DNA of 64,000 nt from Thermoproteota archaeon (GTDB taxonomy: Archaea; Korarchaeota; Korarchaeia; Korarchaeales; Korarchaeaceae). Positions 38,818-48,540 of this stretch are shown piece after piece. Positions within the stretch are counted from its first letter, which is position 1, and each line of letters begins with the position of its first letter. The notes beneath the pieces were generated by a model that was given only the letters and a program-made list of their open reading frames with translations, was not told the origin of the DNA and ran no database searches. The stretch covers positions 27,955-91,954 of the forward strand of contig JAOZFG010000028.1 of assembly GCA_027491435.1 (NCBI GenBank), written 5' to 3'. The position numbers were made by a program, and so were the translations under genes.

Positions 38818-41025
38818 TCAGCCTACGTAAGGCATTGCCTGCTTCTTGGCGAACTCCTCAGCTACCCTCCTGTACTTCTCCATCTCTTTGGTCCCTAGGG
38901 GCTTCACCTTCTCGAAGGCCTTCTCGAAGTGCTTCATGGTTATCTTCAGCTCATCCTTGTGTTTAATGGCTTCCTTGGGGTCCTTGTACTTCTCCACGTG
39001 TTCCCTGAGGGCTATCAAGGCAGCTGTGTTAACTAGAGAGGCTATGTCAGCCCCCGTATATCCCTCAGTTCTCTTGGCCAGCTCCTTTATGTCCACGTCT
39101 TCAGCCAGCGGTTTGTCCCTAGTGTGTATTTTGAGTATCTCCTCCCTAGCCTTGTAGTCTGGGGGAGGCACGTATATTAGCCTGTCGAACCTCCCTGGCC
39201 TCAGCAGAGCTGGATCCACTAGGTCAGGCCTGTTAGTGGCAGCTATAACCACGACCTTCCTCAGCTCCTCAAGCCCGTCTATCTCGGTGAGTAGCTGGCT
39301 TATTACCCTCTCCGTAACGCCTGAATCGAACCCCCTCCCCCTCATGGGGGCTATGGAGTCTATCTCATCGAAGAACACTATAGCAGGAGCAGCCTGTCTG
39401 GCCTTCCTGAATATCTCCCTTATGGCCTTCTCGCTCTCGCCAACCCACTTGCTCATTATCTCGGGTCCCTTAACGCTTATGAAGTTGGCTTCACTCTCGT
39501 TAGCCACTGCTTTAGCTAGCAAGGTCTTTCCGGTGCCTGGCGGGCCGTAGAGGAGTATGCCCTTGGGCTGCGTGGCCCCTGCGGCCTTGAACAGTTCTGG
39601 GTACTTTAAGGGCCACTCAACGGCCATTTTCAGCTCTTCCTTCACCTCCTCAAGCCCTCCAACGTCCTCCCACTTCACGTTGGGCACTTGGACCACCACT
39701 TCCCTCAGTGCCGATGGGGTTATGTCCTTGAGCGCCTCCAGGAAGTCGTCCATGGTTACCTCGAGCTTGTCGAGCACTTCCTTGGGCAGCTCTTCCTCCT
39801 CGAACAGGTTATACTCCTTCATTATCCTCCTGAGGGCCCTCATGGCCGCTTCCTTGGCTAGAGCAGCCAGGTCAGCGCCCACGAATCCATGAGTTATCTC
39901 CGCCAGCTTGTCCAAGTCAACGTCCTTGGCGAGGGGCATCCCCCTAGTGTGTATCTGGAGTATCTCCTTCCTCCCGTTCTTGTCTGGCACTCCGATCTCT
40001 ATCTCCCTGTCAAACCTGCCAGGCCTCCTTAGAGCTGGGTCTATGGCGTTAGGCCTGTTGGTGGCGGCTATCACTATCACCTTGCCCCTGCTCTCAAGCC
40101 CGTCCATTAAGGCCAGGAGCTGGGCGACGACACGCCTCTCAACCTCTCCAGTGACTTCCTCCCTCTTGGGAGCTATGGCATCTATCTCATCTATGAATAT
40201 TATGGAGGGTGCGTTCTTCTCAGCTTCCTCGAATATCTCCCTTAGCCTCTTCTCGCTCTCCCCGTAGTACTTGCTCATTATCTCGGGGCCTGATATGCTT
40301 ATGAAGTGGGCGTTGCTCTCGTTAGCCACTGCTTTGGCTAGCAAGGTCTTCCCGGTGCCCGGCGGGCCGTACAGGAGCACACCCTTGGGAGGCTCTATTC
40401 CAAGCCTCTGGAAGAGCTCTGGGTGCCTTAGCGGGAGCTCGACCATCTCCCTTATCTTCTGAATGGCATCTTTGAGGCCTCCGATGTCCTCATAGGTAAC
40501 CCTGGGTATCTTCCTCTCCTCCGTAACTGGCTTATCGCTTATCTCTACCTCCGTGTCCGCCGCCACCACCACAGCGTCGGCCATGGGCTGTATGCTGGTG
40601 ACCACAAGCTCTATTCTCCTTCCCAGGACCTCTATAGGTATCTTGTCCCCCCTGGTGAGGGGCCTCTCCAGCAGAAGCTCCTTTAAGTACTCCTCTCCTC
40701 CTATTAGCCTTAGGGGCTCTGTTGGGGCCAAGACCACCTTGGTGGCCGGCTTATACCTGGCCTTCCTAACCCTGACTATGTCATCTATGGCCACACCGGC
40801 GTTCTTCCTTATGAAGCCGTCTATCCTTATTATGCCCTTCCCGTAGTCCTCAGGGTGAGACGGCCAGACCCTGGCGGCGGTGGTCTTCCTGCCCTCTATC
40901 AGCACTATGTCCCCTATGCTAAGGCCCAACTTCTCCATGGCCTCCGGGTCAATCCTGGCCAAGCTCCGCCCCACGTCCCCAGGTGGAGCTTCAGCTACTC
41001 TCAGGTTTACGAATTCCTCTGCCAT
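38818..41025 (-). CDS. cdc48: Cdc48/VCP-family AAA+ ATPase
   Basis: N-domain, two GPPGTGKT Walker A motifs, IDEID/FDEID, two RPGRFDR motifs and a C-terminal PYVG tail. GGAGGTGA RBS before ATG 41025. Confidence 0.96.
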   Translation of the reverse strand: MAEEFVNLRVAEAPPGDVGRSLARIDPEAMEKLGLSIGDIVLIEGRKTTAARVWPSHPEDYGKGIIRIDGFIRKNAGVAIDDIVRVRKARYKPATKVVLAPTEPLRLIGGEEYLKELLLERPLTRGDKIPIEVLGRRIELVVTSIQPMADAVVVAADTEVEISDKPVTEERKIPRVTYEDIGGLKDAIQKIREMVELPLRHPELFQRLGIEPPKGVLLYGPPGTGKTLLAKAVANESNAHFISISGPEIMSKYYGESEKRLREIFEEAEKNAPSIIFIDEIDAIAPKREEVTGEVERRVVAQLLALMDGLESRGKVIVIAATNRPNAIDPALRRPGRFDREIEIGVPDKNGRKEILQIHTRGMPLAKDVDLDKLAEITHGFVGADLAALAKEAAMRALRRIMKEYNLFEEEELPKEVLDKLEVTMDDFLEALKDITPSALREVVVQVPNVKWEDVGGLEEVKEELKMAVEWPLKYPELFKAAGATQPKGILLYGPPGTGKTLLAKAVANESEANFISVKGPEIMSKWVGESEKAIREIFRKARQAAPAIVFFDEIDSIAPMRGRGFDSGVTERVISQLLTEIDGLEELRKVVVIAATNRPDLVDPALLRPGRFDRLIYVPPPDYKAREEILKIHTRDKPLAEDVDIKELAKRTEGYTGADIASLVNTAALIALREHVEKYKDPKEAIKHKDELKITMKHFEKAFEKVKPLGTKEMEKYRRVAEEFAKKQAMPYVG
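39494..40377. repeat. Intragenic direct repeat between Cdc48 D2 (39494-39555) and D1 (40316-40377) Walker A regions
   Basis: Two 62-nt copies differing at 4 positions by manual comparison. Confidence 0.8.
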
Positions 41026-41051
41026 GAGATCACCTCCAAAAAAGGAGGGGT

Positions 41052-41564
41052 TCACTCGACCTTTATCCTGGTGCCCTCCTCCTTGAGGGGCTCCTTGGGC
41101 TTCAGGGTTATCTCAAGTATCCCGTTGTTGTACCTGGCCTTGGCAGACTTGGGATCCACATCGACTGGAAGCTCCACCTTGGCCTTGTACCTCCTGTCCC
41201 CAGACTCTGCCTTTATCCTGACTACCCTCTCGGTGGCCTCAACCTCTATGTCCTCCTTCCTGACCCCGGGTATCTCAGCTATTACCTTCACCTCGTTAGC
41301 CTTCTTGTCAACCACAACGTCCACGAAGGGCTCCCTGTACCCAGCCTCCTCTACCACAGGCGGCTTCACGTTCCCGAACTTCCTGACTATGGGCTTGCCG
41401 TCAGGCCCTATGGTGACGCTGAACCCGTATATGTAGGGCCCAAAGGTGCCCTCGTGAGCTGAGCTCATGAATTCCTCCATCATCCTCTCAATCTCCTCGA
41501 ACTCCTTCTCCATGTCCTCCATGATCTTCCTCCAGTGCCTCCACCACATGCTCATCACCCCCAA
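41052..41564 (-). CDS. hsp20: Small heat-shock protein Hsp20 (archaeal type)
   Basis: [30 protein letters not shown] and [12 protein letters not shown]. Confidence 0.93.
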   Translation of the reverse strand: MGVMSMWWRHWRKIMEDMEKEFEEIERMMEEFMSSAHEGTFGPYIYGFSVTIGPDGKPIVRKFGNVKPPVVEEAGYREPFVDVVVDKKANEVKVIAEIPGVRKEDIEVEATERVVRIKAESGDRRYKAKVELPVDVDPKSAKARYNNGILEITLKPKEPLKEEGTRIKVE

Positions 41565-41585
41565 ATTACCCTAGAAGATAATAAA

Positions 41586-41593
41586 TATATAAA
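41586..41593 (-). promoter_or_regulatory. TATA box of hsp20-cdc48
   Basis: TTTATATA on the minus strand, preceded by a purine-rich BRE-like stretch, about 25-40 nt upstream of the hsp20 start region. Confidence 0.6.
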
Positions 41594-41620
41594 CTTTACT
41601 AACAAGAGGGTGAAATGGTT

Positions 41621-42157
41621 TCAGGCTTCTTTTAACTTATTTAGTATCTGCTCCCTGAGCCAGATTAGTCTTATCTTTATTTTGTCTAATTCACTTATAG
41701 TTTTTTCAATATCTTTGAGTATTTCTGAGGAAGCTATTATTAGATCGTGGTAAGTGGGGGCGTCGTCCAAGGAGCTCACCTTCCTCTCTATCTCCCTAAC
41801 CCTGTCAGCTATGGTGTCGTAGTGAGCCTCCACGTCAGGCGATACCTCTACCGTTCTATAGGCGACCATCCCCTTTGTGAGGGTGACGCTTATCATTATG
41901 GACTTGGAGAGCCTGTAGACCCTTCTGGGCCTCCCCGGCAGCCCCTGTATGATGCTGGAGTCAATTATGCCTAAGCTCTCTAGCTCCTTTATTTGCTTTA
42001 AGATGGCCGGTGGAGAAATTCCAAGCTCGTCTGCGAGCTCCTTTAGCGTATGAGGCCTTCTAGCCAGTAACATTAGTATCCTCCTCTTGGCGCTAGCTGA
42101 GACGGCCCTAATAACGTCGCTCTCCCAGTCTCCGTTGCCTAACATTTTCCCCTTCAT
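41621..42157 (-). CDS. ArsR-like wHTH regulator with coiled coil (Phr/HSR1-like heat-shock regulator)
   Basis: KRRILMLLARRPHTLKELADELGISPPAILKQIKELESLGII...GRPRRVYRL, a C-terminal coiled coil, and position upstream of hsp20-cdc48. Confidence 0.8.
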   Translation of the reverse strand: MKGKMLGNGDWESDVIRAVSASAKRRILMLLARRPHTLKELADELGISPPAILKQIKELESLGIIDSSIIQGLPGRPRRVYRLSKSIMISVTLTKGMVAYRTVEVSPDVEAHYDTIADRVREIERKVSSLDDAPTYHDLIIASSEILKDIEKTISELDKIKIRLIWLREQILNKLKEA

Positions 42158-42275
42158 TAATAATTACTTAAGTCATTTTTAAGCATTAGGTTTAGATAAG
42201 GTGGATCGGGCGTAAAGGGCTGTTCAAGCTTGAACAAAGGATTTATGAAAGGCTCTCCCCTCAGTAAGGGTTAAT

Positions 42276-42782
42276 ATGGGAAGAGACGCCCTAAAGGTAG
42301 CAATAGCTGGTGTTATGGCCTCCCTAGTTGCGGTCATGACCCTATTGATCAGGATACCTGTTCCCGCCACGCAAGGTTACATAAACCTGGGAGACACCTT
42401 GGTTATGCTCTCAGGCCTCCTCTTCGGGCCCGTCATAGGAGGGGTCGCGGGAGGTGTTGGATCAGCAGCAGCTGACGTCGTGGGTGGGTACGCCTCCTGG
42501 GCGCCCTACACACTGGTGATCAAGGGGATTGAAGGTGCTATAGCTGGATTCAATGTGAGGATCGCTCCCAGGTTCAGGGGGTCGCTAAGAAACGCTGTAA
42601 AAGTTCTGATACTGGTGATAGCTGGCCTCGAGATGGTGCTCGGTTACTTCTTGGTGGAATCTTTCCTTTACGGGGTAGGGGCAGCCCTCGCAGAGCTTCC
42701 CGGAAACCTGTTTCAGGCGGCTTCAGGGGTGATCTTTTCCCTAGTCGTTGAGCCAGCTATAAGGAAGGTGTTGCCTCGATGA
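42276..42782 (+). CDS. ECF transporter S component
   Basis: IRIPVPATQGYINLGD, GGVGSAAAD and WAPYTLVIKG; about 5 TM segments. Confidence 0.85.
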   Translation: MGRDALKVAIAGVMASLVAVMTLLIRIPVPATQGYINLGDTLVMLSGLLFGPVIGGVAGGVGSAAADVVGGYASWAPYTLVIKGIEGAIAGFNVRIAPRFRGSLRNAVKVLILVIAGLEMVLGYFLVESFLYGVGAALAELPGNLFQAASGVIFSLVVEPAIRKVLPR

Positions 42783-43765
42783 CCTCAATACCTTACAGGG
42801 GCAAACTGCCCCCAGATGTCCTCAGGAAGAAGGTTTTATCTAAACTTCCAGTGGACAGTTCCGTCTTATTGGGGCCTGAGGTTGGAGAAGACGCTGCCAT
42901 TGTCGATCTGGGCGAGGGGCTACTCGTTACACATCCCGATCCAGTCACAGGCGGCGGAAACCTTGCAGGCTACCTATCGATTTTTGTGGCCACGAACGAC
43001 GTTGCCACTAGGGGGGTGATGCCCAAGTGGGTGGTCAGCGTGATCCTACTAAGGGAAGGGGCCACTTACGAGGAGCTAGACCTCATAGTCGATCAGATAG
43101 TGGAGGCTAGCGGTGAGGTCGGGGTGTCGGTAGTGGGGGGGCACACGGAAGTTACCACAGGCCTCACCTTCAACATAGTGGTCACGACGGCCTTCGGGTA
43201 CGCTAGGAAGGGAGAAAAGATCCTTAGCACTAGAGATGCCAGGCCCGGAGACTTAATAGTGATGACTAAGGCGGTGGCCCTAGAGGGAACGGCTATCCTA
43301 GCCAGTGAGCTAGCTGGCGAATTAACTGATGAGGTGGTGAATAAAGCTAGCTCCTTCATAAGGGAGATAAGCGTCGTTAGGGAGGCGATGATAGCCAGGG
43401 ATTTAGCCAACGCAATGCATGACCCTACTGAGGGAGGGCTCCTGGGCGGGGTTCAGGAGATGGCGATGAGTTCAGGAAACGGCTTCGTTATACACGAGGA
43501 GAGCGTTCCCATTAGGAGAGAGACCGAAATCTTGTGCCGGTCCTTGGGCGTGGATCCTCTAAGGCTAATCAGCTCTGGAAGCTTGCTCATATCAGTACCT
43601 CCTGATAGGGCTGAAGAGTTGGTCAGGAGATTGAGGAAAAGTGGAATTGAGGCCTCAATCATAGGGAGGTTCACGGAGGAGCCCGACATGGTGGTGATCC
43701 GGAGGGGCGGTAGAAAAGAAGTTTTAGAGGAGCCCGTAGAGGACGAGCTCTGGAGGTTCATTTAA
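42779..43765 (+). CDS. AIR synthase-related (PurM/HypE/ThiL superfamily) protein
   Basis: GKLPP, GEDAA, DPVTG, NDVAT, VGGHTEVT, MHDPTEGG and DPLRLISSG. Confidence 0.88.
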   Translation: MTSIPYRGKLPPDVLRKKVLSKLPVDSSVLLGPEVGEDAAIVDLGEGLLVTHPDPVTGGGNLAGYLSIFVATNDVATRGVMPKWVVSVILLREGATYEELDLIVDQIVEASGEVGVSVVGGHTEVTTGLTFNIVVTTAFGYARKGEKILSTRDARPGDLIVMTKAVALEGTAILASELAGELTDEVVNKASSFIREISVVREAMIARDLANAMHDPTEGGLLGGVQEMAMSSGNGFVIHEESVPIRRETEILCRSLGVDPLRLISSGSLLISVPPDRAEELVRRLRKSGIEASIIGRFTEEPDMVVIRRGGRKEVLEEPVEDELWRFI

Positions 43766-43839
43766 CGGCCTCATCGTGCTGTCAACAGGCCCCATTTGTT
43801 GTGCGAGTTTCTGATCACCGCCTGAAGTGAGAAGGGCTA

Positions 43840-44816
43840 AGGCCTCCAGAATCCGGGAAGTCTAACATGCTGGAAGCCCTGGCGCCTCTGACCCTGCTGG
43901 GTCAACTCAGAACCTATGAGAAGTCCGGCGGAAATATGAAGATGGGGGTGATGTTCCTCTTTCGGGATTGGAGTTCATCTTCACCAAGCTCACCCGAATT
44001 AGGAGGAAGACCTCATCTTCATGTTCTCAGCGGATGAACCCGCTACTGTCAGGCTGGAGATGGGTGGGGTCCTAGAGTTAAGGTTCACCTACTCGCCGGA
44101 GGCCCTGATCATCTCCTACGGACCGTTTGATAGCGGGGAGATGATAGAGGTCCTCCAACTGAGGAAATAAGATGAAATTACCTCAATGACCGCTAGCAAG
44201 TGCCCTTTTAAGGATCAGCGAGCTTAAGGAAAGCCTCTCCCGGGTCAAGTTCTACAGGTTCTCCAGTCCCGTGAAAACGGTGTCGTGGGGTGAGGGGCCA
44301 TCCCCCCAGACGGTTCTAATCTAATGCAAGTCCTCAGCATACAAGGAGGATTAAGGAGGGTTGTCAGCTCCTTACTAGAGGACGTAAGGCTCGGGCTGAG
44401 CCTTAAAAATGCCTAGCAGAAGGGTGAAGCTCCTCAGGTTCTTAAGCACGGGTGAAACATTCGAGATAAAGGAGTACATGCTCTCGGATATCGTGAGGAG
44501 GTCTATATTCTTCCTTGCAGCGATCGAACGAACAGGAAATCACTAGTGCTTATGGATGAACCGGAAGCCCACGTGTTTCCTTTTTATGCCAAGTTCTTGG
44601 GCGGATAGACTGGCCATGGATGAGTCCAACTCTTACATGATCACCAAGCACAACCTACTTCCTGGAGACGATCATTAGTAAGTTACCTGACTATGATCTC
44701 GCCGTTTAAGTGGCCAGAAATGAGGGGGTGTGAGCGAGTTCAGAAATGTAGATGCCTCAGAGATCAGGGAGCTTATTGCTGAGGGAGCTGATGTCTTCAT
44801 GGAGGTAGGGGCTTGA
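43840..44816 (+). pseudogene. Decayed ABC-type/AAA_21-like ATPase
   Basis: Frame-broken remnants: RPPESGKSNMLEAL (43840-43881, Walker A), LSDIVRR, LVLMDEPEAHVFPFY (from 44543, Walker B) and MITKHN (H-loop), separated by stops and frameshifts. Confidence 0.8.
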
Positions 44817-45324
44817 AATGATCTGAGTGGAGTGCTACCCGGATAAAAGTGGTTGAGATCCTCGGCTTCAGGAGGAGGCATTCTAAGGAGGATGAAAGGG
44901 TAGGGTCGTGGAGAGGATTAGCAAGCGGGGAGATGTGGGCTTAGTGGATCTGACGAGGGTACAATTCCCAGAACGTGTAGAGGGGCATGTTATTCACTTC
45001 CAGAGCACGGTATTAGGTTTTCAGTTGTGGGAAGGGTGGGTCTTTGCTCTGGAGAAGAACATTGAGGAGTTACTCATAGCCTCAGCCAAGGAGTCTGAGA
45101 CGTCAGCCCAAGAGCTGAGTCACGACGCTAGAGAAATGCGTCACCGGACAAGCAGAATGCGCCAGCCTCAAAAGTTTGAGGAACTCCTGAGGGAACCGTC
45201 AAAAGCGAGCAGGAGGTTGAAAGCTCTGGCAAATTCACTTGAAGAGTTGAAACCTTCTGAGGGCTCCTGCCGATGCTGCTTGAGATCTAACTTTAACCTC
45301 AGTAAACGTTTCGGCACCTGGTAA
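44813..45324 (+). pseudogene. Decayed TOPRIM-like partner of the ATPase
   Basis: Remnants VECYPDK near 44827, GLVD and LEKNIEELLIASAKE lie in different frames. The 44908-45324 ORF is a fragment. Confidence 0.55.
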
Positions 45325-45431
45325 TACCGGCTGTACTGGTCAAGGATCCACGCTCTTTGACGGAGTTGAAGGTTCTCTTTAAGTTTCACGCGTCAGCGGA
45401 TCCCTTAAAAGGCCTTAAGTTAGAGCGCTAC

Positions 45432-46358
45432 CTACTTTATAACCTCTTTTTCCACAGCACCCTCCTCCTTATGCAAGATCCCCCAAGCTAATATGCCCAG
45501 TATCAGGATCAGCGAGAACCAAGAGGGCACCTCTATGTGGAACGCCGTGAGCAGGAACACTGCCCCCAGGTAGACCAGGTAGAAGGATAAGGCCTTCCCC
45601 AAACCCCTTATCCTCTGAACCCCATGCTCAACTAGGAAGTATAGGGCCCTAAGCCCCAGAATGGCCATTATGTTGGAAGTGTAGGCCGTGAAGAACTCCC
45701 TTGTTATGGCAAGAACTGCGGGCACGGAATCGAATGCGAACATTATGTCTGTCGTCTCTATTGCCGCCAGCACCAAGGCCAGGGGGGTGAAGTAGGTCTT
45801 CCCGTTCAGCTTGATCATTATGTGATTGTCGTGGTACTCCGTCACTAAGGGTATGTGTCTCTTAAGGAACGTTATCACCTTATTCTTACTGGGGTCAACG
45901 CTTTCCCCGCCAGACCTCCACATCTTGTAGCCCGAGTAGATCAGGACGGCCCCGAACACGTAGGTCATCCAGTGGAACCTCTCCAGGAGGGTCACCCCTA
46001 CCAAGATGAAGATGGCCCTGAAGAGAGCTGCGAATATTATGCCCAGGAAGAGGACGAAGGGCCTGGCCCTCTCAGGGACCGAGAAGTAGGAGAATATAAT
46101 CAGGAACACGAATATGTTGTCTAGGGAGAGAGTTTTTTCAGTCACGTAGGCTGTTATGTATTTAACGAACTCCTCAACCCCGTATATCCAGTAAATGTAG
46201 ACTGAAAAGGCCAGGCCAAGTCCGATCCAAATGATAGTCCAGAACAGGCTGTCCCTGAACGTCAATTTAGCCTTTTCGTAATGCCTAAGGTCAACGTATA
46301 GCAGGACGGCTATTATGACGTGAAAGCCTACCCAGAAGGCCGGCGACGTCACTTCCAT
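45432..46358 (-). CDS. TerC/Alx-family membrane protein (putative Mn2+ exporter)
   Basis: EKTLSLDNIFVF, ETTDIMFAFDSVPAV and TSNIMAILGLRALYF. Confidence 0.92.
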   Translation of the reverse strand: MEVTSPAFWVGFHVIIAVLLYVDLRHYEKAKLTFRDSLFWTIIWIGLGLAFSVYIYWIYGVEEFVKYITAYVTEKTLSLDNIFVFLIIFSYFSVPERARPFVLFLGIIFAALFRAIFILVGVTLLERFHWMTYVFGAVLIYSGYKMWRSGGESVDPSKNKVITFLKRHIPLVTEYHDNHIMIKLNGKTYFTPLALVLAAIETTDIMFAFDSVPAVLAITREFFTAYTSNIMAILGLRALYFLVEHGVQRIRGLGKALSFYLVYLGAVFLLTAFHIEVPSWFSLILILGILAWGILHKEEGAVEKEVIK

Positions 46359-46434
46359 TGCTACTTACCTTCCCGATCACCATATATATTTCTTATATTA
46401 TGCTTATTTCGAACCATTAAGGACGTTTTTCGAA

Positions 46435-47520
46435 CTAACCGCCAAGCAGCTCCCCTAAGACCTGCCCGATCGCTTGAACGTCCTCCACAGTTAGCTTACC
46501 GTAGCTTATCCTCATGCGCCTCTTGCCTCCCCTGAACGCTGACCCAGGAACTACGCCGATCACGTAGTCCTTCCTGGAGAGCAGGGACCTTATGAAGGCC
46601 TCGGAGTCCTCTATCCTCTCGTGCTCTGGGTAAAGGTAGAACGCCCCTCTAGGCTCGGGGAACTTAAAGCCCAACCCTTTAAGGACCTTAATCAACTCAT
46701 CCCTGACGGACCTGTACTTCTGCCTCACCCTGCTGAAGTAGTCCTCGGTCAGGGCTGATAACATCCTTTGAAGCAGTAACTGCGTGGGCTCTGAAGCTCC
46801 TGCTGTAGTTAGGTAGGAGAGCCTACCGGCCTGCTTGTAATCCTCGGCTCCCCAGTAGACGTACCCTATCCTCATGCCCGGCAGGGAAAGGGTCTTGCTG
46901 AAAGTGTCCACCACGACGTCACCAACTATTTCTGGCTTTTCCCCATAGTAAATCTGAGAGTAGGCCGCGTCATTTATCAGCAACACCTCTTTAGCTGACA
47001 GCATGTCCCATAGCTTCCTCAGGGTAGAGTTGTCCTGGGAGTATCCGGTTGGATTGTTGGGGTAGTTTATCAGAACGGCGCCAACCCCGTTCAGCCTTTC
47101 CTCTATCTCCCCAACCAGATCCTCAGAGAGGGGGTTATAGTAGCCTATTTCGAAGCCGAACTCCTCGGGCTGCTCAAAGTAATGGACGAACCCGGGTTTC
47201 GGAACTAGGACTTTCCCCCTCCGTGAAGCGAGTTTAAACGCTATTAGGAGGGCCTGAACCCCTCCGTTCGTTATAATTACCCTGTAGGGATCATAATCCC
47301 TACCTAAAAACTTGCTGGCGTACTCGGATACAGCTTCCTTAGTAGAGTCCATGCCCGTGAAGGGCAGGTAATTCCTGCCCACCTCTCCGAGCTCCGAAAG
47401 GACCTCAGAAACTGGTAAGGGAGGATCGTGGGAGGGAGCCCCTATGTGGGCGTTGATCACCCTGTAACCCTGAGACTCCCTCTCCCTGCATATGGAAAAC
47501 ACGTCCCTTATAGACAGCAT
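46435..47520 (-). CDS. PLP-dependent aminotransferase class I/II
   Basis: NYPNNPTG, NDAAY, TFSKTLSLPGMRIGY, GAFY and VPGSAF. The likely start is ATG 47520. Confidence 0.9.
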   Translation of the reverse strand: MLSIRDVFSICRERESQGYRVINAHIGAPSHDPPLPVSEVLSELGEVGRNYLPFTGMDSTKEAVSEYASKFLGRDYDPYRVIITNGGVQALLIAFKLASRRGKVLVPKPGFVHYFEQPEEFGFEIGYYNPLSEDLVGEIEERLNGVGAVLINYPNNPTGYSQDNSTLRKLWDMLSAKEVLLINDAAYSQIYYGEKPEIVGDVVVDTFSKTLSLPGMRIGYVYWGAEDYKQAGRLSYLTTAGASEPTQLLLQRMLSALTEDYFSRVRQKYRSVRDELIKVLKGLGFKFPEPRGAFYLYPEHERIEDSEAFIRSLLSRKDYVIGVVPGSAFRGGKRRMRISYGKLTVEDVQAIGQVLGELLGG

Positions 47521-47573
47521 TACCTTAAGAAGGAGGTAATACATTTTAAAGGAGACTATGTGGCTGCTGGCGG

Positions 47574-48065
47574 GTGCTCCCCATGGTGATAATACCTAAG
47601 AGGGCTTATCTGACAAAGGGATGCGGTATCAGCGGGACCTCTGAGCTAAATGCTTTTGATAACGCCCTGTTAGCGGCAAAAGTCGGCAATTCGAGTCTGG
47701 TGAAGTGTACCTCTATACTCCCGCCGGACGTTGAGATAGCTCATGAGATGAGGGAAGTCATCAGTGGGGAGATCCTTCCGTCCATCTATGCTAAGAGTTG
47801 CAGGTATAACGAAGGAGATGAGGAGATAGAAGTAATAGCAGGACTGGGCGTCGCCATAACAGATGAGATGGGCCTCGTGGCTGAGATTGAGTCTGAGAAG
47901 GACGAGGTCTTTGATGACGTGGAGAGGAGGCTGAAGGCCCTCCTTGAGGAGATGGCCTCGTCTAGGGGACTTGAAATAAGGGAGATGAGGCTTGAGCTTT
48001 CCAGGTGCGTAGTCCCTCCTAAGAAGTACGGGTGTGCCCTGGTGGTTGTCGCCCTGGACGTCTAG
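47574..48065 (+). CDS. pdaD: Pyruvoyl-dependent arginine decarboxylase
   Basis: SELNAFDNALLAAKVGNSSLVKCTSILPP, EEMASSRG and GCALV. Confidence 0.85.
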   Translation: MLPMVIIPKRAYLTKGCGISGTSELNAFDNALLAAKVGNSSLVKCTSILPPDVEIAHEMREVISGEILPSIYAKSCRYNEGDEEIEVIAGLGVAITDEMGLVAEIESEKDEVFDDVERRLKALLEEMASSRGLEIREMRLELSRCVVPPKKYGCALVVVALDV

Positions 48066-48454
48066 CCAAGCAGGCCCGATATATTGTCCATGGAGTCCAG
48101 CCACCAGCCTGTGTACTCTTTCCTCTTCTTCTCCAGCTCCTCCTCTGTGTAGAACTTCAGGAGCTTTGTGTCACCCTTAACCTCAAGGAGTTTGAGTTCA
48201 GGAACGTCCCATACCAGGGCTAAAGAGTTCTTAGTCAGCCAGTCCAAGGGGTTCTCCCCTTCAGCTAGGGGGGCGGCCCAGTCCATGCTCCCTTCGAACT
48301 TGACGTTGACCAGATCTCCTTCGGATTTCACCTCCTTGAAAACTACTTTTTCCCCTTTATAGCCGTTGTCCTGGCCTAAACCCAATGTTTTGGAGATTTT
48401 CTTGAACAATTCTTCCTTAAGGACTAGTTCACCCTCGCATCTAACCTCAGTCAT
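48062..48454 (-). CDS. Hypothetical protein
   Basis: 130 aa ORF with host-like codon usage and an upstream GGAG; no recognised motif. Confidence 0.65.
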   Translation of the reverse strand: MTEVRCEGELVLKEELFKKISKTLGLGQDNGYKGEKVVFKEVKSEGDLVNVKFEGSMDWAAPLAEGENPLDWLTKNSLALVWDVPELKLLEVKGDTKLLKFYTEEELEKKRKEYTGWWLDSMDNISGLLG

Positions 48455-48540
48455 TCTAAACCAACTCCTTCCAGGTCCGTTAAGCTACCTGAAGCAAAAT
48501 TAAATAATAAACTTGAAGTATCCCGTAGGGGTGTCTCAGC

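Noticed and set aside
46359-46434. yybP-ykoY Mn riboswitch upstream of the TerC/Alx gene
   Set aside because: The gap is only ~75 nt, AT-rich and occupied by a TATA box, leaving no room or structure for the riboswitch.
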